Shown here: positions 9,577 through 19,432 of the stretch, in pieces | How positions within the stretch are numbered: the stretch's first letter is position 1 | How the letters are laid out: every line of letters begins with the position of its first letter | Position numbers and translations under genes: made by a program | NCBI GenBank assembly: GCA_965205265.1 | Contig: CBDBGH010000003.1 | Location: forward strand, 3,616,001 to 3,680,000 | From: Alphaproteobacteria bacterium | GTDB lineage: Bacteria > Pseudomonadota > Alphaproteobacteria > Bin95 | Direction of reading: 5' to 3' | DNA length: 64,000 nucleotides | Notes under the pieces: model-generated | Told to the model about the DNA's origin: nothing | The model's input: the letters and a program-made list of their open reading frames with translations, nothing else | Databases searched by the model: none

Positions 9577-11004
9577 TTACCCGTGCCCGTTCGCGCAGGC
9601 GACGAGGCGCCGGTGCGCAAGCGCGTTCGCCTGTGCCCCGGCCCGGTTGCGAAGCGAGCGGTATCCGTTCGAGAGCAACGCTCCCTCGGTGAAGAGGGCG
9701 GCCGCGAACCGCAATGCGTTCGTCCGGTCGTCGATCCTCGGGCTGTGGAATCCCGACCGGGGCGTGCCCCGCACCACCGGTCCGAACCGCTCGATCCGCC
9801 CCTGCCCGTCGCGCACCGCCAGCTGGACCCTGCGCCCGTCTTCGGGGAATCCGCCGAAATGGGCCGCGACCTCAAGCCTTCGCTCCCGCGCGAAACAGGT
9901 CAGGGCGACGCCGATCCGGTCAGGCCCCCCTCCGACCCGTGCGCGCAGCAGGTAGGCGACATCGGTCCCGAACTCGCCGCTCGTGTCTTCTATGCGCCTG
10001 ACCTCCGGGGTGGGCAGAACCGTCTGTGCTGCCGTGTCTTTCGCCGGATTGAGCCGCGTACCGGCATCGGCTTGTTTCGGTCCCGCGCTCCGTCCGGGGA
10101 AGAACAGGTCATCGAGGATGGCCTCGATGTTTTTCGGTCCCGCGGTCTGTCCGGCCGGCACCGTCCATTCGAGTTGCGTGTCGAGCGTGTCGTACAGGCT
10201 CGCCCGGCGCGTCCAGCCTCCAGTCGGTCCGGGCCCAAAGCCGATGACGTCCTGGACCTCGCCCCTCAGTTCCACCAAAAGCGTGACGCCGGCGAGCTGG
10301 TTCCTGAACGAATGGATCATGGCGGCGAGGTTGTGGCCGGTGAGGCCGGTCTCCGGGCTCAGGAGCGGTGCGAGCACGCCGGGGTCGATCGGTCTTCCGG
10401 GATCGAGAAGCATTTCGCTCACCGTCTCGCAAAGGGCGGGCGAAACCGGCGGCGGCAGGCCGTCGGCGCAATTGGTGAGAATTTCCTGCCGTATGAACTT
10501 TTTGGTCTCCGCCGGCGAGCTGGTGAACCGGTAACCGGTTTCGCTCCCGGTGACGACGGTGCCCTGCTCGCGCATGAACTGCGCGAAGCGTTCCAAGGCG
10601 ACCGGAGGGCCGGTGGACCGCCACTGGTTCGCGCCGTATTTGACGATCTCCCGCTCTCCGAGTTCGGAGAACAGGGTCTCCTCGACAAACGCGCGCCGTT
10701 CCTCTTCGGGCATGCCTTCCAGGACCCCGGCGTTGACGCTGAGCGTGGACTCGACCGTCACCGTGCCGTCCGGGGAGAACGTATAGACCGCGTGCTGGTG
10801 CAGGCAGCCGGACAACGCGAGCGCGCTGGTGAGTGCGAACGGCAGCACGAGCCTCGATGTTTTCGAGGCCTTGCGGGCCGGCATCCGGTGGTCCCGTTCT
10901 GCCCGCCGGAAGATTCTGAAGCCGAAGGCAATCGCATCGGAAAGAAGAGCCGTCGCGGCTGCTCGCAATGGCTGGAGAGGTGTCGAGGGATGTGCATGGG
11001 ACAT
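9577..11004 (-). CDS. hypothetical lipoprotein
   Basis: Lipobox ALSGC after a hydrophobic stretch (true start probably MPARKASK, ~10884); long uninterrupted ORF. Confidence 0.65.
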   Translation of the reverse strand: MSHAHPSTPLQPLRAAATALLSDAIAFGFRIFRRAERDHRMPARKASKTSRLVLPFALTSALALSGCLHQHAVYTFSPDGTVTVESTLSVNAGVLEGMPEEERRAFVEETLFSELGEREIVKYGANQWRSTGPPVALERFAQFMREQGTVVTGSETGYRFTSSPAETKKFIRQEILTNCADGLPPPVSPALCETVSEMLLDPGRPIDPGVLAPLLSPETGLTGHNLAAMIHSFRNQLAGVTLLVELRGEVQDVIGFGPGPTGGWTRRASLYDTLDTQLEWTVPAGQTAGPKNIEAILDDLFFPGRSAGPKQADAGTRLNPAKDTAAQTVLPTPEVRRIEDTSGEFGTDVAYLLRARVGGGPDRIGVALTCFARERRLEVAAHFGGFPEDGRRVQLAVRDGQGRIERFGPVVRGTPRSGFHSPRIDDRTNALRFAAALFTEGALLSNGYRSLRNRAGAQANALAHRRLVACANGHG

Positions 11005-11245
11005 GAAAGCCTCCTGCGGATGGGGAGGCCCGATAGATTATGCATCCCGATCGGGAACGGAACACGGAAATCGTGAAAAATGGGGAAACGCAAATTTTGT
11101 TGTTGCGCATCGTGACAGCTCTCCCCTCTCGCTCGCCGACTTGCGGATAAGCGCCCAGGCTGGCGCCTGCAGCCTACGGCCTGATCCGTCTGCCGAAGTT
11201 CTTGAAGACTGCCGCACGACCGCCGGGACCCGGCGCAGGGCCGCC

Positions 11246-11455
11246 TTAGGGCGCTCCGTCACGTCGGCGCCGGGGCCGGCAAGGCTTCCCGCCTGTCCTC
11301 GCGAAGGCGGGGGTCCGCAGGGCCGCATTGCTGCGCCGAAAAACGCCGCCTATGGAGACCGGGACGCGATAGGGGACGATCACACCCTCGATCACCCCCG
11401 GAGCGACCAGCTCGAACGCGAAGGCGCGCCGCTCGGGCCGTCCGGTCCCCGTCAT
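11246..11455 (-). pseudogene. truncated HK97-type prohead protease-like gene
   Basis: ERRAFAFELVAPGVIEGVIVPY.VPV.IG matches ERRAFAFDVAAPGVLEGLLIPYGVPIRVG at ~26440; similarity breaks after ~40 aa. Confidence 0.65.
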
Positions 11456-11621
11456 GCACTCTCTCCGGCTTCGCAGCGTTCGCAGACGATGATCGTGCGA
11501 GGGTCGGGTCTCGCGAGGACCGGGCCGTCAGTCTCGGCCTCGTCCTCTATGACGGCCTCGCAGCGTTCGGCGTGTCCGCATCCGGCATGGGCGGCGATTT
11601 CGGCATGCGCGGGAAAGACGA

Positions 11622-11865
11622 TCACGGCGGGGGCCCGGGCGGTGGGGTTTCCTGCGCCGCACGGTCCGCCGCGCGGTCTTCCGGCGTCCGCCAGGCCCGA
11701 GCGCGATGCTCGGCGCAATAGGGCTCGCCGGCGCGTGCGACGGTCGCGCGGCGCAGGAAATCCAGCGCGCGCGGATCGCCGATCGGCCAGTGGCACTGGC
11801 CCGGCGCCAGCGGCGTGCCGATCTCGTCGAGGCGCCGTTCGAGGGCGCGCTTGACGGACAGGCGT
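11622..11865 (-). pseudogene. GcrA C-terminal-like domain fragment
   Basis: Manual translation: ...QCHWPIGDPRALDF...GEPYCAEHRARAW (CxWPIGDP...PYCxEH); no standard start codon, not in ORF track. Confidence 0.5.
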
Positions 11866-11917
11866 ATTGTCCGGCCGCCGGATTGGCGTGCGGTCTGTGG
11901 TGGCCCGCGCCGGGCGC

Positions 11918-13309
11918 CTACTGCGCCTGCTTGCAGCCGCTGGTGTCCCAGACTCGCTGGCCGTCTGCACCCAGCGTCCAGGTCGCCGTGCCCTCATGGT
12001 CGCCGACGCACTTGCCCGTGCCGCTCGTCGCGGGAGCGGCCTCCGAGGTCCCGGCCGATGCCGACGCCTGCGGCCCGATGCGCTGGCCGTCGGCCGGCGC
12101 CCACAACTCCGGCATCTCCATGCCGAGATGTTCGGCGACCTCCGTCCAGAACACCGCTTTGCGGTTGCCATCGATCGCGACATGCAGCTGGCCGCGCGTC
12201 CAGCGCCAGTGCGCGATGCGGTCCGGACCGCCATCGGCGCGCCGGGCCCGCACCGTGCCGTCGGCCAGGAAGGTGAAGTCCTTCCATTCCGACGGCATCC
12301 AGGGCAGCGCCACCGGCTCGCCCGACTCGACCAGGCGGTCCGTCAGCCGGAACGCCGCATGACGATGACCCGTCGGCAACACCGGGAACGGGTAGCCGAT
12401 GGGATGGCGCAGCGCCGGCTGGCCGGGGATTTCGATAAGCGCCCACTCCTGTCCCCTGGCGTCGATCTCCGTACGCAACACGCCATAGGCCGTGAGCTTG
12501 CCCTCATCGTCCAGCCGCCAGACCTCGTCCGTCCAGATGGTGTCCTGCGAAGTGGCCTGCCCGCCCACGAAGACGTAACCCGTCTCCGACGGAGACAGCA
12601 GGATGTTGCCGTTCTGCGCCTTCACGAACGCCAGCACTTCTTTCCTCGTCGTGGTCGGCGCGCCGCGCGAGGCCCCCAGGCCGGTCCGGCCCGGCGCCGT
12701 CAGGTGCGAGCCCGGGAAGTGGCGGACCGGCGCGTCCGGGTCCTGGCGGCGCAACTCGTCCATCTTCAGGGACGTCTGCTTCTCGTTGATCCGGATATGG
12801 TCAGGGAGCTTCAGCTGCGGGCAGGCGTCCGCAAGGGCGCGCGGCCATGTGTCCTGGATTTGCGCCGCGTTCGACACGATCCAGCGGCCCTTGCTCCATA
12901 TCTCGGTGTTGAACGCGCCCGTTTCCGGATCGTAGAACTTCGACGCATATTTCCTGACGCCGCCGCCATAGTTCCATTCGGTCCACATCCCGGACCGCTT
13001 TTTGACGAGCGCCCAGCGGGTGTTGGTCCGGCTGATCCAGTGCAGCTTCCCGTCCAGGCGCAGGCGGCCGGCGCATTCGATTACCGTCCCGTCGGACGCG
13101 TAAACGAGACCCTGGACGACATTGCTGAACCTGCCGAGCCCGGTGAACACATTGACCCGGCCGGTCATGAGCTCCCGGTAGAACGCCTCGCTATAGGGCG
13201 AGTAGTTCACATGCACCCTGGGATCGATCTTCCGGGCCTGCCCATGCGCCACGCATGCCGCCAGCAGCGCGCAGGACAGCAGGACAGCCAGTCCTCTCAT
13301 GACACTCAT
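11918..13309 (-). CDS. hypothetical lipoprotein
   Basis: Lipobox LLAAC; 463-aa ORF rich in W/Y/T; GGAG upstream. Confidence 0.8.
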   Translation of the reverse strand: MSVMRGLAVLLSCALLAACVAHGQARKIDPRVHVNYSPYSEAFYRELMTGRVNVFTGLGRFSNVVQGLVYASDGTVIECAGRLRLDGKLHWISRTNTRWALVKKRSGMWTEWNYGGGVRKYASKFYDPETGAFNTEIWSKGRWIVSNAAQIQDTWPRALADACPQLKLPDHIRINEKQTSLKMDELRRQDPDAPVRHFPGSHLTAPGRTGLGASRGAPTTTRKEVLAFVKAQNGNILLSPSETGYVFVGGQATSQDTIWTDEVWRLDDEGKLTAYGVLRTEIDARGQEWALIEIPGQPALRHPIGYPFPVLPTGHRHAAFRLTDRLVESGEPVALPWMPSEWKDFTFLADGTVRARRADGGPDRIAHWRWTRGQLHVAIDGNRKAVFWTEVAEHLGMEMPELWAPADGQRIGPQASASAGTSEAAPATSGTGKCVGDHEGTATWTLGADGQRVWDTSGCKQAQ

Positions 13310-13417
13310 CGTCTTCTCCTCTGCGCCCCTGCCGTCCGGCTGTCCTGCCGGATCCGCGGGCGCCGCTTCGCAATTGTCTCCGCGGCGGTCTGCCGGACCG
13401 GCCGGCGCCTTCCGCCT

Positions 13418-14332
13418 TCAGCGTTGCCTGACGTCAAGGCGCTGATGGCGGAAGGCGCCGGCCGACCAGGCCCGGCTCACATGCGCGAACCGGTCCATCC
13501 ACAAACGCGCGTGCGAGGGCAGCATCCCCCTCTGCGCCCTCCGCCTCATCCGCGCCGCCTGCACCGCGAGGATCCGTGCATTCGGCAGGCCCGGCCCGGA
13601 CAGGTCCTCGATCCCGACAAGGTCGAGCCCCGCGGCGCGGACCTTTGCGGCAAGGCTTTCCGCATCTTCCAGCGCGCACTCCATCCACGATTCGCAGATC
13701 GGCGCGATATAGGCGCGCACGGTCTCCGGGGCGAGCCCCGACGCCATCATGTGGTCGAGGCCCACCAGGCGGCCGCCGGGCTTCAGCACCCGGGCGCACT
13801 CCCGCAGGAACCGCCCCCGGTCCGCCATGTGGCACATCGCTTCGATGGTCACCACCGCGTCCACGGACCCGTCCGGCAGCGGAAGCCGCTCCGAGCAGTC
13901 GGCCTGGCGGAACTCCACGAGGTCCTCCAGGCCGTCCTGCGACGCCAGCTCCCGGGCGAGGCCAAGCTGCCGCCCGCTGATATTCAGCCCAAGGACCCGG
14001 CATCCCTTCGCCGCCGCCAGGTGCAGCGCCGTTCCGCCGACGCCGCAGCCCGCGTCCACGACCAGCTGTCCGGCGCCGATCGCGGCCGGCGCAACGACAG
14101 CGTCGATCATCCTCACCACGGCGTCATGGAGCCGGCTCCGGTCGAGCCAGTCCCCCTCCCCGCTCCCGCAAAGCATCGGCTCCTCGCCGGGCTCGAAGAG
14201 CCCGAAATGCAGGTGCCGCGGATGCCAGGCCGACAGGTAGTAACCGCCCTCATCGTCGTAATGCGCGGCGACGATCTCCGCCTGACGCGACCGGTCGACC
14301 GACGTCGCTCCGGATGCAAGGGCCACCGTCAT
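13418..14332 (-). CDS. class I SAM-dependent methyltransferase (sterol/tocopherol/GPP-methyltransferase-like)
   Basis: IVAAHYD, HLHFG, VVDAGCGVGG, GLNIS..Q, IEAMCH, ARVLKPGG; TGATG overlap with upstream gene. Confidence 0.88.
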   Translation of the reverse strand: MTVALASGATSVDRSRQAEIVAAHYDDEGGYYLSAWHPRHLHFGLFEPGEEPMLCGSGEGDWLDRSRLHDAVVRMIDAVVAPAAIGAGQLVVDAGCGVGGTALHLAAAKGCRVLGLNISGRQLGLARELASQDGLEDLVEFRQADCSERLPLPDGSVDAVVTIEAMCHMADRGRFLRECARVLKPGGRLVGLDHMMASGLAPETVRAYIAPICESWMECALEDAESLAAKVRAAGLDLVGIEDLSGPGLPNARILAVQAARMRRRAQRGMLPSHARLWMDRFAHVSRAWSAGAFRHQRLDVRQR

Positions 14333-15357
14333 CAATGCCTCCTCTCGACGCAAAACGCCGCAAACCCGCCCAGCGCCGCACGCACGGCGCCTTCCGGGAA
14401 GAACCCGAGGGAGTCCACGGCCAAGTCCACGCGGGCGTGCGCGAGGGCCCATGTCCTCGCCAGCGCGCCCCGCCGGTCCAGGACCGCGAGCGCCCGCTCG
14501 AAGTCCCCGGGACGCCGGTCGCCCTCCTCCAGGGTGCGGCGCCAGAACGCCCGCTCGGCTTCGTCGCCGTACCGGAACGCCAGCACGACCGGCAAGGTCA
14601 CCTTGCCGCCGGCGAAGTCGTCGCCGACCGTCTTGCCCAGTTCGGCCTCCCGGCCTGACCAGTCCAGCGCATCGTCCGCCAGCTGGAACGCAATCCCCAG
14701 GTTCTTCCCGAAGGCCTCCAGCGCCGCTGCCGCCTCCCGCGAGGCGCCGGCGGACAGGGCGCCGAGCCGGCAGCAGGCCGCGAACAGCGAGGCCGTCTTC
14801 TTCGATACGGCTTCCAGACAGGCCTGCTCATCGATATCCGGGCTCCCGACATCCTGCATCTGGCGCAGCTCGCCATCGACCATGACAGAGGTCACGTCGG
14901 CGAACAGTTCCACCGCTTCCCGGGGGCCGGACTCCAGCATCAGCTGCAAGGCTCGCCCGAGCAGGTAATCGCCGACCAGGACGCTGGCCTTGTTGCCCCA
15001 GAGCGCATTGGCGCTCGCCGCCCCGCGCCGCAGTGCGCTCGTATCGACGACATCGTCATGCAGCAGAGACACCATGTGGAACAGCTCCACGGCCGCCGCC
15101 AGAGCCGCCGGGCCTTCTCCCGACGACCCGCAGAGACGCGCGGAGGTCAGGGTCAGGATCGGGCGAAGGCGCTTGCCGCCCGCCCGGGCGATATGGCCGC
15201 CCAGGAGAGGGATCAAGGCCGTCCCGGCTTCCATCCGCTCCGCGATCAGGACCTCGACCCGGGCCATGTCCGCGCTCACGAGACTGCGCAGCCGCGCAAG
15301 CGCCGAAGCCGGAGAGGCCTCCCGGGCCGGGACCGCGAACCCGCCATCCGCCATCAT
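14332..15357 (-). CDS. trans-polyprenyl diphosphate synthase (IspB-like)
   Basis: GGKRLRP, LLHDDVVD..RRG, KKTA, FQLADDALD, GKTVGDD. Confidence 0.93.
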   Translation of the reverse strand: MMADGGFAVPAREASPASALARLRSLVSADMARVEVLIAERMEAGTALIPLLGGHIARAGGKRLRPILTLTSARLCGSSGEGPAALAAAVELFHMVSLLHDDVVDTSALRRGAASANALWGNKASVLVGDYLLGRALQLMLESGPREAVELFADVTSVMVDGELRQMQDVGSPDIDEQACLEAVSKKTASLFAACCRLGALSAGASREAAAALEAFGKNLGIAFQLADDALDWSGREAELGKTVGDDFAGGKVTLPVVLAFRYGDEAERAFWRRTLEEGDRRPGDFERALAVLDRRGALARTWALAHARVDLAVDSLGFFPEGAVRAALGGFAAFCVERRH

Positions 15358-15363
15358 GGGCCT

Positions 15364-17472
15364 TCAGCCGCCGGACCCCCAGCGCTGGTCGAGTTCGCGC
15401 ATGGCGCCGACATACATGCCGAACGCCGCCTCGTCGTCACCGGCCCGGATGGCGGCCACGGCCTCGTCGATCCGCGCCCCGATCCAGTCCCACTCGGGAT
15501 GGTCCTGCGGGATCGCGGCGACGATCGCCGGGGCCCGGCGATAGTATTGCGCCACCATCGCCATGCGCTCCGGCGACGTCATCATGTAGCGGTCGCGGAA
15601 CGCGCGCAGCGCCGTCAGCGTCGGGCCGTCATCCGCCTCGCCCCTGCGCTCCACGACAGCCGTCGTCAGGAAACAGCTGCCGCCGCCGCCGCCATCGCCG
15701 CCGCTGCCGCCTTGGCTACCGGAATTGCTCTGGCCGGGGGCATGACCGCCCGTCACCCCGCCGTCGACACCGCCGATCCCGCCGACCTCGCCTCCGCCGC
15801 TGCCTCCGCCGCTGCCTCCGCCGCTGTTTCCGTCACCATCACCATCACCGTCACCGTCACCATCACCGTCACCATCACCGTCACCATCACCGTCACCGTC
15901 ACCATCACCGTCACCGTCACCATCACCGTCACCATCACCGTCACCGTCACCATCGCCATCACCGTCACCGGACGGCGGCGGAGGCGGTGCGACGCAGGCC
16001 GAGCAGGCGCAGGTGTCGGCCTGGATGATATGCGGGTTGGATGTGTGGCGGGCGTCGTGCCGATGGTAGTACCACCGGATTTCCGGGTACCCGGAGGGGT
16101 CGCCACCGCTGTGCCCGGGCGGGCATGAGCAGCGCGAGGCGCAGGAGGAGTCCGTCTGCGCGTCGTAGCAACCGACGAAGTTCTCCTGGATCCACTGGTC
16201 GCCCCGGAAGACGCCCGTGACGCCCGTCGAGGACAGGCCGCCCGGCTCCACATACACCCGCGTGTGCGGCTGGCTCCAGCCATAGGGCTGCGAGGCCGGA
16301 GAGTCCCAGCCCGGTTTTTGTTCCTTCCAGACCGAACGATGCTTGCGCAGCAGCGTCCGGCTGCCCACGGCGCCGCCGGATGTGTATCCCGACGGGCAGT
16401 ATGACGAGGTCGCGCAGCCCACCGTCGGCGGCGTGGACGGCGTCGGGAACGGCGCGCCCGTGCCGGCGTAATCCGTCTGATCGTAGAAATTGCTGCCGTC
16501 CGCCTTCGAGACCGGCACCGTATGGCTCGAGGCCCCGCCCGTCACCGTGTTCGGGCTCGAGGCCGCAGAGCACAACTGGTCGAAATGGTGCCACCGGGGT
16601 GCCGTCGTCCCCCGGATGTCAACCGGTAGGTGGCAGCCATTGTGGACCACCGCCTCGATAATATGCGCCCCCGATTCCCCGTCGCCCGGCGGCGCGCACT
16701 GGCCGTGCGCCGGCAGCGCAACCGTCACGCCGTTATAGACGAAAGTCCCGGCGGCCCGGGCCGCGCAGGTCCCTGGCCAGCGCGCCATGTCCGCCCCCGA
16801 CCAGGGATGCAGCTCGACCGGGCGCGTCTGGCTGTAGCGGATCTCCCCGACCGTCGCCGTCGGGTCGCCGCCCGGCATCGGGCAAGCGCGCTCCCAGTCG
16901 GTATGTTCGTTGCGCCGCTGGGTATTCCCCCAGCCGAACGGGTCGGTCACCTCCGAGACGAGCCCCACGCGGCGCGCCGGCAGGCTCATGCAGCCGGGCA
17001 GTGCCACCGTGGGGTGCCCGGACTGCGGCATGCCCACCGCCTGACCGCCGGTGATCCACTGCAGCCCGCCCTCGGTCTGTACGGTTCTCTGGTCCGTGCC
17101 CCTTAGCCTTACGTCGCTCGCATAGACCGCCAGCACGTCGTCACAATACGCGAACGACAGGCCCCGGTCGGTCCATTCCGCTTGCCAGATGGCAGAAACG
17201 GCCGCTGGCAGGCCCGGGCTCGACGGGCCGGACAGCCAGGAATACGGGGCCCTTTCGTTCGTCGCGTCGGGATCCGCCGCTGGCGGGCGGCGCTCGATCC
17301 AGGCCGACAGGGCCGCCCATGCCTGCTGGATCGCCGACGCATGCGCCCGCGCCGCATCGCGGCGGTTGTCGCGGTCGATGTCAGCCGCAATGGGGGTCAG
17401 TGGTATTAGCCACAGGGCGGCCGCGATCAGCGCGGCCGCCCCCAGCCGAGAAGGTGTGCGTGCATGTGACAT
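15364..17472 (-). CDS. secreted Cys-rich protein with (Gly-Asp)23 tract and C-terminal CFI-box-CTERM-like domain
   Basis: Signal peptide; Cys-rich middle; GD repeat; Gly linker then SCFLTTAVV...LRAFRD...YY..AP. Confidence 0.8.
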   Translation of the reverse strand: MSHARTPSRLGAAALIAAALWLIPLTPIAADIDRDNRRDAARAHASAIQQAWAALSAWIERRPPAADPDATNERAPYSWLSGPSSPGLPAAVSAIWQAEWTDRGLSFAYCDDVLAVYASDVRLRGTDQRTVQTEGGLQWITGGQAVGMPQSGHPTVALPGCMSLPARRVGLVSEVTDPFGWGNTQRRNEHTDWERACPMPGGDPTATVGEIRYSQTRPVELHPWSGADMARWPGTCAARAAGTFVYNGVTVALPAHGQCAPPGDGESGAHIIEAVVHNGCHLPVDIRGTTAPRWHHFDQLCSAASSPNTVTGGASSHTVPVSKADGSNFYDQTDYAGTGAPFPTPSTPPTVGCATSSYCPSGYTSGGAVGSRTLLRKHRSVWKEQKPGWDSPASQPYGWSQPHTRVYVEPGGLSSTGVTGVFRGDQWIQENFVGCYDAQTDSSCASRCSCPPGHSGGDPSGYPEIRWYYHRHDARHTSNPHIIQADTCACSACVAPPPPPSGDGDGDGDGDGDGDGDGDGDGDGDGDGDGDGDGDGDGDGDGDGDGDGNSGGGSGGGSGGGEVGGIGGVDGGVTGGHAPGQSNSGSQGGSGGDGGGGGSCFLTTAVVERRGEADDGPTLTALRAFRDRYMMTSPERMAMVAQYYRRAPAIVAAIPQDHPEWDWIGARIDEAVAAIRAGDDEAAFGMYVGAMRELDQRWGSGG
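15832..15969 (-). repeat. hexanucleotide tandem repeat (GGTGAY)x23 encoding (GD)23
   Basis: 138 bp of (G/A)TCACC units on the + strand, with one GGC variant. Confidence 0.95.
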
Positions 17473-17805
17473 GAGACGGGCTCCGGGTCGATCCGATCAA
17501 TGGGGAGCCCTCTCGCGCATGCGAGATTGGGGAGGTCGCGGCAGGCAGAAAAAAGATCGCCCTGGATTATCCGCGTCGTCACGCGACCGGCCCGCGACAT
17601 GGGACGCTACATGAGCCTGCCGTGCGTATGTCGTTGGGGACATTATGCGCGCATCGATTACGAATGCAACTTTGTTTTGCGGAGCGGCCGGACCTCCTCC
17701 CTTGGACGCCCGGCCGACGCCCGGGACGGTTTCGGACCGCCGGCGCCCTTGGAAGGCGCTGACGCGCATTTTTGCGGCTGCGCTCTGTGAGAACCGCCTT
17801 TATTG

Positions 17806-17842
17806 CCGATTGTCAAAACAATCGGATTGTTTTGACAATCGG
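17806..17842. promoter_or_regulatory. perfect 18-bp inverted repeat (double operator-like site) between divergent genes
   Basis: CCGATTGTCAAAACAATC-G-GATTGTTTTGACAATCGG; each half is itself palindromic (GATTGT-N4-ACAATC). Confidence 0.7.
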
Positions 17843-18206
17843 TTTGGCATAGGTTCAGCATCGGCAAACAGGTCAGCGGACGATGATCTCTGGGCGACAA
17901 GCAAAGGCCTGAATCGATCATCGCATCGGACGATCCCCCGGTAGAAACCGGCCCGGCCGCGGTGTGACGGACCCCGGCGGGCGAGGAGCCCGGCAGCAGC
18001 CGGGGACCCGCTGTGCGAGCCCTTCTTTCCCGCTCCGGCCGGAGCGCCGCTGACCGGCCCGTTTCCGGCCCGCCGGCCGCGGCGTTCACGCCGCCCCCGC
18101 TTGCCCTGACTTGTACCGGGTATCGCGAGAGCCTGCCCCATTCCCCCTGCAATGAACGAACGCCGCGGCCCTTCACGGGGGCGCGGCCTCCGAACGGAGT
18201 CCCGTC

Positions 18207-19412
18207 ATGCACATGCATAGCGTCAGGGTGCTCGACCTGCCCGATCACGACACCGACAGCGACACGATCCGGGAGCGTCTGGAGGCCTTCCTGACCGGTC
18301 TGCGCCAACGGCGCGCGCTGACGGTGTATTTCGATCTCGTCGAGGAGCGGAAGCGGCGCCATGCGCCGGACCCGCCGCCGCCTCTCACCCGGGACGACCT
18401 CACTGACGTGAAGGACGCGGTCGGGCTGCACAGCTTCAAGGCCCGTTCCGGGGGCCCCCCGTCTTGGCCGCGCCGGGGGGAGCCGCTCCCCTCCGACGCC
18501 CTGAGCCGCATCGGCCGCCGGGTGAAGACCCTTGTGGAACGCCGCAGGCGGGCGAACGGCCTCACCCATCTCAAGGAAAAGGACAAGGACCAGGCGAGGC
18601 GCATCCGCGCCCTGATAGGCGAGGTGCCGGCCCCGGGCCTGGAGTCCGAGGACCGGGCGGACGAGATCGCGGCCGCCCTGCACGAGGAGATGCCCTGGAT
18701 GGCCCCGGCGACGGAGGCGGCCTGGCATGCCTGCCGGCGCAGCGGACGCCTGGGCGAGCCGGTGCGGCTCGGGCCGATGCTGCTGGTCGGTCCGCCCGGC
18801 ATCGGCAAGACCCATTGGGCCCGCCGGATCTCCGACAGGCTCGGCACCCCCTCCTGCACCATCGACGCCTCGCAGGGGCTTGCCTCCTTCTCCCTTGTCG
18901 GCACGGAGAGCGGCTGGTCCAGCTCCCAGCCCGGGCGCCCGCTCGAGACCATGCTCCAGCATCGCATCGCCAATCCCGTGATTGTAGTCGATGAGGTGTG
19001 CAAGGCCAGCGCCCCGCGGTCGTCAGCCGGCTTCTCGGCGGCCTTCTTGCCGGCGCTGTTGGGCCTGCTGGAGCCGGAAAGCGCGCGCGAGTGGACCTGC
19101 CCCTTCTTCAAGGTGAAGCTGGACATGCGCAATCTCAGCTGGGTGATGCTGGCCAATACGCTCGCCACCGTGCCGGAGCCGGTGCTGAGCCGCGCCCACG
19201 TGCTGCCGATCCCGGATGTGACGCCGGCGCAGTTGACGGATTTCGCCAGGCGCCGGGCCGCGGCCCTGGGGCTGGAGCCGCCGGCGGTGGACGCGGTGCT
19301 CGAGACCCTCGACCGCGCCCCCGCCCTGCTGCCGCGCCGCCTCTCCCTGCGTGATGTGAACCGCGTATTGGAGCGCGCCGTCGAACTCGCCGCGCGTCCG
19401 ACGATGCACTGA
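18207..19412 (+). CDS. Lon-like AAA+ ATPase lacking a protease domain
   Basis: Walker A GPPGIGKT, Walker B VIVVDEVCK, SWVMLAN, VLSR; no Lon protease domain. Confidence 0.85.
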   Translation: MHMHSVRVLDLPDHDTDSDTIRERLEAFLTGLRQRRALTVYFDLVEERKRRHAPDPPPPLTRDDLTDVKDAVGLHSFKARSGGPPSWPRRGEPLPSDALSRIGRRVKTLVERRRRANGLTHLKEKDKDQARRIRALIGEVPAPGLESEDRADEIAAALHEEMPWMAPATEAAWHACRRSGRLGEPVRLGPMLLVGPPGIGKTHWARRISDRLGTPSCTIDASQGLASFSLVGTESGWSSSQPGRPLETMLQHRIANPVIVVDEVCKASAPRSSAGFSAAFLPALLGLLEPESAREWTCPFFKVKLDMRNLSWVMLANTLATVPEPVLSRAHVLPIPDVTPAQLTDFARRRAAALGLEPPAVDAVLETLDRAPALLPRRLSLRDVNRVLERAVELAARPTMH

Positions 19413-19432
19413 ACCCCCGGAAGGAGACGAAC

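Noticed and set aside
11867-14968. 1033-aa + strand ORF (and similar long ORFs 44887-47808, 28181-30454, 1732-3627)
   Set aside because: Antisense shadows of well-supported genes in high-GC DNA; no recognisable motifs.
15832-15969. His-rich or (VT/IT)n ORFs on the + strand; CRISPR-like array
   Set aside because: These are alternative-frame readings of the GD hexamer repeat; there are no spacers.
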